Assembly (NCBI GenBank): GCA_050692375.1
Contig: JBOGVK010000234.1
Coordinates: 1-54,940 of the forward strand
From: Actinomycetota bacterium
GTDB lineage: Bacteria; Actinomycetota; UBA4738; HRBIN12
DNA: 54,940 nucleotides
Reading direction: 5' to 3'
Shown here piece by piece: positions 29,825 to 37,356 of the stretch. Below the pieces are notes generated by a model. It was not told the DNA's origin, made no database searches, and saw only the letters and a program-made list of their open reading frames with translations. Made by a program: the position numbers and the translations under genes. Within the stretch, counting starts at the first letter, position 1, and every line of letters begins with the position of its first letter.

Positions 29825-30553
29825 ATGGCCGGAACGCGTAATTACCAGTCGATCGGCGAGGTGCTGGTCTCGGTGAAGACCGAGTTCCCCGACATCACGA
29901 TCTCGAAGATCCGGTTCCTGGAGGCGGAGGGCTTGATCGAGCCCGAGCGGACGCCGTCGGGGTACCGCAAGTTCTATATCGACGATGTGGATCGGTTGAA
30001 GGACATCCTCCGTATGCAGCGCGACGAGTACCTGCCTCTCAAGGTGATCAAAGAACGGCTGCTCAAAGAGGGCGAGGACGGCTTCGAGGACGACGGAGGT
30101 GAGCTCGACGGCAGCGGCGTCGGGTCCGGCGGCGTCACCGCGACCGAGGAGCTCGCCGAGGCGCCCACCGGACTCCAGATGTCTCTCGAGGAGATGTCGG
30201 CCGCGACGGGAGTCGAACGCGACCGCATCAAGGAGCTCGAGTCCTTCGGCATCGTCTGCTCGCACGGCCCAGATGCCGCGAAGTACTACGACGGCGACGA
30301 CTTCATCGTGCTCTCGATCGTGAAGGACTTCTTCCGGTTCGGTGTCGAGCCGCGACACCTCACGATGTACAAGCACTTCGAGGAGCGCGAGGCGGACTTC
30401 TTCGAGACCATCGTGGCTCCGACGCTTCGCCAGAAGAACCCGGACGCGCGCCGCGCGGCCTCACAGGCGCTCGCGGATCTGGCCGTCACATCACGGAAGT
30501 TCAAGCAGGCCCTACTGCGCTCGAACCTTCGGGACAACCTCAAGAGCGCGTGA
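29825..30553 (+). CDS. MerR family transcriptional regulator (Rv1828/FtsR-like)
   Basis: SIGEVL......FPDITISKIRFLEAEGLIEPERTPSGYRKF is characteristic of the Rv1828/FtsR-type MerR regulators that follow garA. An alternative TTG start lies at 29819. Confidence 0.8.
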   Translation: MAGTRNYQSIGEVLVSVKTEFPDITISKIRFLEAEGLIEPERTPSGYRKFYIDDVDRLKDILRMQRDEYLPLKVIKERLLKEGEDGFEDDGGELDGSGVGSGGVTATEELAEAPTGLQMSLEEMSAATGVERDRIKELESFGIVCSHGPDAAKYYDGDDFIVLSIVKDFFRFGVEPRHLTMYKHFEEREADFFETIVAPTLRQKNPDARRAASQALADLAVTSRKFKQALLRSNLRDNLKSA

Positions 30554-31821
30554 ATCACAGGCGTCCGCGCACGGCACGCGCCGCGCTCGTCATCGCGATC
30601 GCCGTCCTTGCCCAGGCCTCGTTGATCGGCTTCGCGTCAGCACAACTCGCCCCACCGCCGACGCCCGTGCCGCCCGACGGCTCACTCTCGCCGTTCCCAC
30701 AGGCCCTCGATACGCCGGCCGACGCCTCCTCCTCGCCTGTGCTCTCGGCCCCCAGCGCGATCCTGGCCGACCTCGACACAGGCCAGGTGCTGTTCTCCCG
30801 CGATGCGGACTCGGAGCGCCCGATCGCGAGCCTGACGAAGATCATGACGGCGCTACTCGTCCTCGAACGGAGCAAGCCGACGGACATCGTGACGGTCGAG
30901 CCCGACGCCGTGATCGCCGAGAGCGACCGGCCCGGGATATCAGCCCTGGGGTTGGAAACGGGGGAGCGGATCACCGTTGAGGACCTGTTCTACGCGTTGC
31001 TCCTGCAGTCGGCGAACGACGCGGCGGTTGCGCTCGCGGACCACGTTTCGGGCTCCGAGGGACGCTTCGTGAAGCGGATGAACGCGCGAGCCGCGACCCT
31101 CAGCATGCGCCGGACCAGCTTCCGTTCTCCCAACGGCCTGGACGACCGCGGATACTCGACCGCGCGCGATCTCGCGACGCTCACGCGCACCGCGATGGCA
31201 ACGAAAGGGTTCGCGTCGGTCGTCGACACCGAGTTCCACACGATCCCGGCGCCGGGCGGCGGCGAGCGCAACATCCAGAACCGGGACGCCCTGCTGTGGC
31301 TCTATCCCGGAGCAACCGGTGTGAAGACCGGCTACACCTCGAAGGCCGGCTATTGCGTCGTTGCGACGGCCGAGCGCGATGGGCGCCGGTTGGTCGCGGT
31401 CGTTCTGGGCGCGCCCCGCGACGCGTTCTCCGACGCGGCCTCACTCATGGACTATGGGTTCGCAGCGTTCACGCAGCACACGTTCGTGACACAGGGGTTG
31501 CCGAGCGGCGTCGTCACGCTCCCCGGCGGGAGCGTTCCCGTCGAAGCCGGCGGGGACCTCGCGGCGCTCGTACCGTCGGCCTCGCTCGATGCCATCCTGA
31601 CGGAGGTCCAGGTGGTCGCTGGGGTCGCCTACCCGCCGGCACCGGGGGAGCGGGTCGCCACCTTGAAGATCACCATCCCGGGTCTCACGGTCGGACGGGT
31701 GCCACTGGTGGTGTCGTTCGTCCCGCCGCCGCCGTCCATCGACGAACGTCCCTGGTGGGAGCGCGCCGCCGGCGCGGTCTTTCATGCCGTCGAGACCGCC
31801 GCACGCGCCGTCGGCGCCTGA
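30550..31821 (+). CDS. D-alanyl-D-alanine carboxypeptidase (serine peptidase S11, PBP5-like)
   Basis: It has a signal peptide (AALVIAIAVLAQASLIGFASA), the SxxK motif ASLTKIMTA, SAND (SxN) and KTGYT (KTG). The GTG start overlaps the upstream stop. Confidence 0.85.
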   Translation: MNHRRPRTARAALVIAIAVLAQASLIGFASAQLAPPPTPVPPDGSLSPFPQALDTPADASSSPVLSAPSAILADLDTGQVLFSRDADSERPIASLTKIMTALLVLERSKPTDIVTVEPDAVIAESDRPGISALGLETGERITVEDLFYALLLQSANDAAVALADHVSGSEGRFVKRMNARAATLSMRRTSFRSPNGLDDRGYSTARDLATLTRTAMATKGFASVVDTEFHTIPAPGGGERNIQNRDALLWLYPGATGVKTGYTSKAGYCVVATAERDGRRLVAVVLGAPRDAFSDAASLMDYGFAAFTQHTFVTQGLPSGVVTLPGGSVPVEAGGDLAALVPSASLDAILTEVQVVAGVAYPPAPGERVATLKITIPGLTVGRVPLVVSFVPPPPSIDERPWWERAAGAVFHAVETAARAVGA

Positions 31822-31889
31822 AGGAAGCCGCTCACTGGCTCCCTTCCTCTTCCTTGGTCACCCCCGAGGGGCTGTTAGGCTCGCGACCG

Positions 31890-32465
31890 ATGACGGAGGT
31901 CGCGAGCGTGCTGTACGGACGCGAGGACATCCGCCGCCGGGTCGAGGAGCTCGGCCGCGCCATCACCGGGGACTACGCGGAACGGGAACCCGTTCTCCTG
32001 TCGGTGCTCAAAGGCGGCACGGTGTTCCTGGCGGACCTGATGCGTCAGCTTGCCTTCCCGCTCGAGGTCCATTTCATGGCCATCAGCCGCTACGGCGATG
32101 CCGAGGAATCCCTCGGACGTGTGCAGATCCTGTTGGACGTCGACGTCGACCTGACGGGGCGCGACGTCCTGCTCGTCGAGGACATCGTCGATACGGGCCT
32201 CACGCTCTCCTATCTGTTGTCCGTGCTCCGCTCGCGTGGGCCGGCGTCTATCGAGGTGTGCGCACTCTTGGACAAGGCGATCCGTCGCATCGCGCCGCTG
32301 TCCGTGCGGTACGCCGGATTCGATTGCCCGGATCGGTTCGTGGTGGGCTACGGGCTCGATTTCGCGGAGCGGTACCGCAACCTCGCCGACATCCTTGCCG
32401 TCGAGGATCTCCGCGCGCTCCGGGAGGATCCCGACGCGCTCGTGCCGCTGCTCGCCGCCCGCTGA
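31890..32465 (+). CDS. hpt: Hypoxanthine phosphoribosyltransferase
   Basis: It contains LLSVLKGGTVFLADLMR and the PRPP-binding motif LLVEDIVDTGLTLSYL, then VGYGLDFAERYRNL. Confidence 0.9.
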   Translation: MTEVASVLYGREDIRRRVEELGRAITGDYAEREPVLLSVLKGGTVFLADLMRQLAFPLEVHFMAISRYGDAEESLGRVQILLDVDVDLTGRDVLLVEDIVDTGLTLSYLLSVLRSRGPASIEVCALLDKAIRRIAPLSVRYAGFDCPDRFVVGYGLDFAERYRNLADILAVEDLRALREDPDALVPLLAAR

Positions 32466-32508
32466 GGTTGCCCGTGCCGAAGGTCGCCCGTACAGTGCAG
32501 GTCGGCCC

Positions 32509-32982
32509 ATGATCGAGATGGAACTGACCGGCGTGCGCGTGGAACTCCCGACCAATCAGCCGATCGTGCTGTTACGGGAGCGTGGCGGCGAGCGGTACCT
32601 CCCCATCTGGATCGGGGCGGCGGAGGCCGCGGCGATCGCGCTGGCCGTCCAAGGGGTCATGACGCCGCGTCCCATGACCCACGACCTCATGAAGACGATC
32701 CTCGAAGATCTCGCGGTTCAGGTGCAGCGGATCGTCGTCACAGAGCTCCGCGAGAGCACCTACTACGCGACGATCCACCTCGAGCGCGGCGGCGAGAGCT
32801 TCGAGATCTCGTCGCGACCCTCCGACGCGATCGCCCTCGCGGTTCGGACGTCCGCCCCCATCTTCGCGCAGGAGGATGTTCTTGCGGAGGCGTCGATCCT
32901 GATCCCGGGCGACGAGGAAGAAGAGGTCGAGAAGTTCCGGGAGTTCCTCGACAACGTGCGGCCCGAGGACTTCGACGGGTAG
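32509..32982 (+). CDS. Bifunctional nuclease family protein (DUF151, Rv1829-like)
   Basis: It matches the family pattern: PIVLLRE..GERYLPIWIGAAEAAAIA......RPMTHDLM and ISSRPSDAIALAVR. Confidence 0.85.
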   Translation: MIEMELTGVRVELPTNQPIVLLRERGGERYLPIWIGAAEAAAIALAVQGVMTPRPMTHDLMKTILEDLAVQVQRIVVTELRESTYYATIHLERGGESFEISSRPSDAIALAVRTSAPIFAQEDVLAEASILIPGDEEEEVEKFREFLDNVRPEDFDG

Positions 32983-32983
32983 A

Positions 32984-33499
32984 TCAGCCGTAGAAGAAGA
33001 CGGTGACCCAGAGCGTCCCGTCCACGCGAACCGCGCCGATCGCCACCTGGTGGAACGCGCCGTTCAGGATGTTCTCGCGGTGAGGCGGGCTGTCCATGAA
33101 CGCCTGCTGCAGGCTGCCCACGTCGCCGGGCGTGAAGCCGACGTTCTCTCCCCAGGCATGCCATTCGACGCCGTGCAGATAGACGCTCACGTCGGTCGTA
33201 TGGAAGAGCGCGCCGGCGCGGGCCATCGCCAAGCTGTGCCGGCGAGCGACCTGCGACATCGCCCGGTTCAGCCGGAGGGCCGCCAAGCGGGAGCCTGCTC
33301 TACTGGCGTTCGTGGCTTTGAAGACCTGCCAGGCGTCGGTGCCCACTTCGACCCGCGCGCGGGTCTGAGCATGCAGCGGGCTGGCCGCGACGGGCGAGGG
33401 CGACAAGCTGAGGACGAGGACCCCCGAGAGGGCGACGGACACCGCGAGATAGGCAGTGATCGAACGGATATGTGACTGACGGCCGTTGAGGTCTCTCAT
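32984..33499 (-). CDS. Secreted CAP (SCP/PR-1-like) domain protein
   Basis: The C-terminal region GENVGF.......QQAFMDSPPHRENIL...F..VAIG is typical of bacterial CAP domains. An N-terminal hydrophobic signal-like segment is present. The start is ambiguous (ATGs at 33499, 33517, 33541 and 33580). Confidence 0.72.
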   Translation of the reverse strand: MRDLNGRQSHIRSITAYLAVSVALSGVLVLSLSPSPVAASPLHAQTRARVEVGTDAWQVFKATNASRAGSRLAALRLNRAMSQVARRHSLAMARAGALFHTTDVSVYLHGVEWHAWGENVGFTPGDVGSLQQAFMDSPPHRENILNGAFHQVAIGAVRVDGTLWVTVFFYG

Positions 33500-33614
33500 G
33501 TGGTCCCTCGTGCTCATCGGAGGGTGGTTCCTCGTGCCCATACAGGTGTCGGCGTGCTTCGAGGTCCTCTTGAGCCCCATCTGGCCGATATCGACGCTCT
33601 TGGCTCTTGGGCCG

Positions 33615-33643
33615 TTGACACAGCCGGGAGCCGCCCCTAAGCT
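33615..33643 (+). promoter_or_regulatory. Near-consensus sigma-70/SigA promoter (TTGACA-17 nt-TAAGCT) for the MerR operon
   Basis: TTGACA lies at 33615-33620, followed by an exact 17-nt spacer and TAAGCT at 33638-33643. It sits 32 nt upstream of the ATG at 33675, in the divergent intergenic region. Confidence 0.55.
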
Positions 33644-33674
33644 CGGCGAACACCCGCGTAATTACGGAGTTGTC

Positions 33675-34112
33675 ATGAGCGAAGAGGGGTTTCGGGTACC
33701 GGACGTGTGCCGCATCGTCGGCATCAGCTACCGCCAGCTCGACTACTGGGCACGGACCGACCTGGTGACACCGTCGGTCCGCGATGCCCGCGGATCGGGA
33801 ACCCAGCGGCTGTACTCCTTCCAGGACCTCGTATCGCTCAAAGTGATCAAGAACCTCCTCGATACCGGGATCTCCCTTCAGCGCGTTCGCAAAGCGGTCG
33901 AATACCTCCAAGAGATGGATCGCCCGACCCATGGGGTGACGCTCATGTCCGACGGCAAAGGGGTCTACGAGGCCCATTCGCCGGAGGCCGTGGTGGACCT
34001 GTTGAACAAGGGGCAGGGCGTCTTCGCGATCGCACTGGACAAGGTGTGGGACGACCTCGAGGGGACCCTGGCAACGCGGAAGGCCGGTCGGGCGGCAACC
34101 GGAGGCGCGTGA
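33675..34112 (+). CDS. MerR family transcriptional regulator (Rv1830-like)
   Basis: It has the HTH CRIVGISYRQLDYWARTDLVTPS....GSGTQRLYSFQDLV.LKVIK.LLDTGISLQ. Confidence 0.85.
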   Translation: MSEEGFRVPDVCRIVGISYRQLDYWARTDLVTPSVRDARGSGTQRLYSFQDLVSLKVIKNLLDTGISLQRVRKAVEYLQEMDRPTHGVTLMSDGKGVYEAHSPEAVVDLLNKGQGVFAIALDKVWDDLEGTLATRKAGRAATGGA

Positions 34113-34480
34113 GCGCAGAACCGGTCAGCCCCGACACCTTCCGCAAGAGCGACACCATCGGTTTCGCTCATGCCAGCGAACGCCAGTTCGCGCAGCTGCT
34201 CGACTTCTACGGGATCGAGTGGGAATACGAGCCAACGTCGTTCGACATCGACTGGGACGCGGAAGGCAACGTGCTCCAGCGGTTCACACCCGACTTCTAT
34301 CTGCCCCAGTACGACCTCTACATCGAGATCACGACGCTCAACCAGAAGCTCGTGACGAAGAAGAACCGGAAGGTCCGCCGCCTACGCGAACGGTACCCGG
34401 AGATCCGCTGCAAGGTGTTCTATCAGCGGGACTATCTCTCGCTCGTCACCAAGTACGGCCTGGAAGATGCCTCGGGATGA
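34109..34480 (+). CDS. Conserved hypothetical protein, possible restriction-endonuclease-like fold
   Basis: This 123-aa ORF has a GTG start overlapping the MerR stop (GTGA). It contains ..RFTPDFYLPQYDLYIEITTLNQK.., loosely reminiscent of PD-(D/E)xK nucleases. I could not confidently assign a family. Confidence 0.55.
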   Translation: MSAEPVSPDTFRKSDTIGFAHASERQFAQLLDFYGIEWEYEPTSFDIDWDAEGNVLQRFTPDFYLPQYDLYIEITTLNQKLVTKKNRKVRRLRERYPEIRCKVFYQRDYLSLVTKYGLEDASG

Positions 34481-34520
34481 GGCTCGGCCTTAGCCGGCGG
34501 CCGACCGTACACTTCCGCAT

Positions 34521-35843
34521 GTGAAGTTCGCACCGCACACCGACGACGACATCCGCGAGATGCTCGAGATCGTGGGTGTCGCGAGCCTCGACGACCTGTT
34601 CGAAGAGATCCCGTCGGATGTACGACTCGACCGCCCACTCGACATGCCGGCCGGCGTGTCGGAGATGGAGATGCTCGCGGACCTTCGGTCGCTCGCGGCC
34701 CGTGACCGTCATGCCGATGAGATGGTCTGCTTCGCCGGCCGCGGCGCCTACGACCACTACATCCCTTCGCTCGTATGGGCGCTCGCCGGCCGTTCGGAGT
34801 TCTACACGTCCTACACGCCATATCAACCCGAGCTCTCGCAGGGTGTGTTGCAGGTCCTGTTCGAGTTCCAGTCGATGGTCTGCGAGCTGACGGGGCTCGA
34901 GGTGTCCAATGCCTCGCTCTACGACGGTGCCACCGCGCTCGTCGAGGCGGTCAACATGGCTCGAGGTCACGGTCGCGATCGGGTGCTCGTGTCGGCGGGC
35001 GTCGATCCGCGGCTGATCGACACACTGCGCGCGTACGGCCGCGGAGCGGGGTACGAGCCCGAGGTCTTCGAGGTCGTCGACGGCCGCGGGGGAGAACCCG
35101 AGGTCCGTCCCGACGTCGCCGCCGTGATCGTGCAACACCCGAACGTGTTCGGCGTCCTGGAGCCGGCACGGGATCTCTTCGGCCGCGCGCACAATGGGGG
35201 AGCCCGAGCGATCCAGGTGTTCGACCCGCTCTCCCTCGGAGTGCTCGCGCCGCCCGGCGAGCTCGGCGCCGACATCGCGGTTGCCGAGGGACAGTGCCTC
35301 GGCAACCATCTGAGCTACGGCGGACCGTATCTGGGGCTGGTCGCGGCGCGCTTGGATGACGTGCGGAAGATGCCTGGCCGGATCGTCGGCGAGACCGTCG
35401 ACATCGACGACCGAACCGGATACGTGCTCACGCTGCAGGCTCGGGAGCAGCACATCCGTCGAGAGAAGGCGAACTCGAACATCTGCACGAACCAGACGTT
35501 GATGGCGATCGCGGCGACCATCTACCTCGGCTGGCTCGGACCGGCGGGGCTCGAGGAGATCGGCCGGCAGTGTGCGTCGCGCGCGGCCTACGCGGCCGCG
35601 CGCCTGTGCGAAGTGCCCGGCGTCGAGCTGCTCTTCCCCGGCGCGCCGTTCTTCAAGGAGTTCGCGCTGCGACTGCCGCGCTCGGCGGTCGAGGTTCGCG
35701 ACGCGCTCGTCGAACACGGGATCCTTGCAGGTGCGCCGTTGCCATCGGCGGGGGAGGGCGTGCTCGTCGTCGCCGTCACGGAGAAGCGCGACCGTGGCGA
35801 GATCGACCGGTACTCCGACGTCCTGCGGGAGGTGCTGGCGTGA
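34521..35843 (+). CDS. gcvPA: Glycine dehydrogenase (aminomethyl-transferring), subunit 1
   Basis: The N-terminus F.PHTDDDIREMLE.VGV.SLDDLF..IP is typical. Length is 440 aa, and the subunit 2 gene follows directly. Confidence 0.95.
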   Translation: MKFAPHTDDDIREMLEIVGVASLDDLFEEIPSDVRLDRPLDMPAGVSEMEMLADLRSLAARDRHADEMVCFAGRGAYDHYIPSLVWALAGRSEFYTSYTPYQPELSQGVLQVLFEFQSMVCELTGLEVSNASLYDGATALVEAVNMARGHGRDRVLVSAGVDPRLIDTLRAYGRGAGYEPEVFEVVDGRGGEPEVRPDVAAVIVQHPNVFGVLEPARDLFGRAHNGGARAIQVFDPLSLGVLAPPGELGADIAVAEGQCLGNHLSYGGPYLGLVAARLDDVRKMPGRIVGETVDIDDRTGYVLTLQAREQHIRREKANSNICTNQTLMAIAATIYLGWLGPAGLEEIGRQCASRAAYAAARLCEVPGVELLFPGAPFFKEFALRLPRSAVEVRDALVEHGILAGAPLPSAGEGVLVVAVTEKRDRGEIDRYSDVLREVLA

Positions 35844-37318
35844 ACGGGGGGGCACCCGTGCGCACGCAGGGTCCGCCGATCGTCGGCACGATCGCCGACC
35901 GCTCGGTGCCGGGGCGACGCGCGTGGACGTTCGGGCCACTCGATGTGCCGGAGGTCGCTCTGCCGGAGACGTTCGCGCGGCGAGGGCGCGTCGGACTGCC
36001 GGAGGTCGCCGAGATCGACCTGGTGCGTCACTACACGCGCCTGTCGCAGATGAACTACGGCGTCGACACGGGGATCTACCCGCTCGGGTCATGCACGATG
36101 AAGTACAACCCTAAGTCGGCCGAGGATGCGGCGGCGCTCGCCGGGTTCCGGCGGGCGCATCCGATGCAACCGGATGCGACGGTGCAAGGTGCGCTCGAGA
36201 TGCTCTGGAGACTGGAGCGCGCGCTCTGCGAGATCACCGGGATGGCGCGCGCGACGCTGCAACCGCCGGCTGGCGCGTGCGGCGAGATGACCGGGCTGCT
36301 GATCATGCGGGCCTACCATGCCGAGCGCGGCGGTGGACGGACGAAGGTCATCATCCCCGACTCGTCGCACGGCACGAATCCGGCGAGCGTCCGCCTGGCG
36401 GGGTTCCAGTCCGTGCACGTTCCCTCCGATCCTCGCGGGTTCGTCGACGTCTCGGCGCTCGAGAAGCTCGTCGACGACGAGGTCGCGGGGCTCATGCTCA
36501 CGAACCCGAACACGCTCGGGCTCTTCGAGCAGGACATCGAAGAGCTCACGCGGATCGTTCACGGCGTCGGGGGGCTCGTCTACTACGACGGCGCGAACCT
36601 GAACGCGATCATGGGACATTGCCGCCCGGGCGACATGGGGTTCGACATCGTCCACATCAACACGCACAAGACGTTCGCGACGCCGCACGGCGGGGGAGGG
36701 CCGGGCGCGGGACCGGTCGGGGTGGTCGAGGCGCTCGTGCCGTTCCTGCCGTCCCCGCTCGTGGAGCGTGACGAGGCGACGGGCGACCTCCGCTGGGACG
36801 GCGATCGGCCGCGTTCGATCGGACGTCTGCACGGCTTCAACGGGAACTTCGGGGTGCTCGTTCGCGCATACGCCTACGTGTTCCTACACGGCGCCGAAGG
36901 CCTCAAGGCCGTGAGCGAGCTCGCGTGCCTGAACGCGAACTACCTCGCGGCGCTCGTCGCCGACGACTTCCCGCTGGCCTTCCCGGCGGAGCGCCCGATG
37001 CACGAGTTCGTCGCGACCGCGAAGCCTCTCAAGGACGAGACGGGCGTGCGTGCGATGGACGTGGCGAAACGCCTGATCGACCTCGGATACCACCCCTCGA
37101 CGGTCTACTTCCCGCTCGTCGTGGAGGAGGCGATGATGGTCGAGCCCACCGAGACCGAGTCGAAGGAGACCCTCGACGCCTTCGCCGCCGCACTCCGCCA
37201 GACCGCGAGCGAGGCGCGGACACAACCCGAACTGCTCCACGAGGCCCCGATCACGACGCCCGTCCGTCGATTGGATGAGGCCCGCGCGGCCCGTCACTTG
37301 AAGCTCCGATGGAGCTAG
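35840..37318 (+). CDS. gcvPB: Glycine dehydrogenase (aminomethyl-transferring), subunit 2
   Basis: It contains YPLGSCTMKYNPK and the PLP region INTHKTFATPHGGGGPG. The GTG start overlaps the gcvPA stop (GTGA). Confidence 0.95.
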   Translation: MNGGAPVRTQGPPIVGTIADRSVPGRRAWTFGPLDVPEVALPETFARRGRVGLPEVAEIDLVRHYTRLSQMNYGVDTGIYPLGSCTMKYNPKSAEDAAALAGFRRAHPMQPDATVQGALEMLWRLERALCEITGMARATLQPPAGACGEMTGLLIMRAYHAERGGGRTKVIIPDSSHGTNPASVRLAGFQSVHVPSDPRGFVDVSALEKLVDDEVAGLMLTNPNTLGLFEQDIEELTRIVHGVGGLVYYDGANLNAIMGHCRPGDMGFDIVHINTHKTFATPHGGGGPGAGPVGVVEALVPFLPSPLVERDEATGDLRWDGDRPRSIGRLHGFNGNFGVLVRAYAYVFLHGAEGLKAVSELACLNANYLAALVADDFPLAFPAERPMHEFVATAKPLKDETGVRAMDVAKRLIDLGYHPSTVYFPLVVEEAMMVEPTETESKETLDAFAAALRQTASEARTQPELLHEAPITTPVRRLDEARAARHLKLRWS

Positions 37319-37356
37319 GGCATGTCCTCTCATCGGGCAACGTTACATAATGTCGG

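Noticed and set aside
33500-33674. A ydaO/c-di-AMP-type riboswitch upstream of the secreted CAP-domain gene.
   Set aside because: I found no recognisable conserved ydaO core sequences on the minus strand. The region is better explained by the divergent TTGACA-17-TAAGCT promoter and by alternative in-frame start codons of the CAP gene.
37319-37356. An AT-richer patch (GTTACATAATGTCGGTTAT) between the convergent gcvPB and ppm1 genes, with a GCAACG...CGTTGC stem.
   Set aside because: The stem is short (6 bp) and the loop large (21 nt). This is most simply an ordinary convergent intergenic spacer, and I recognised no motif.
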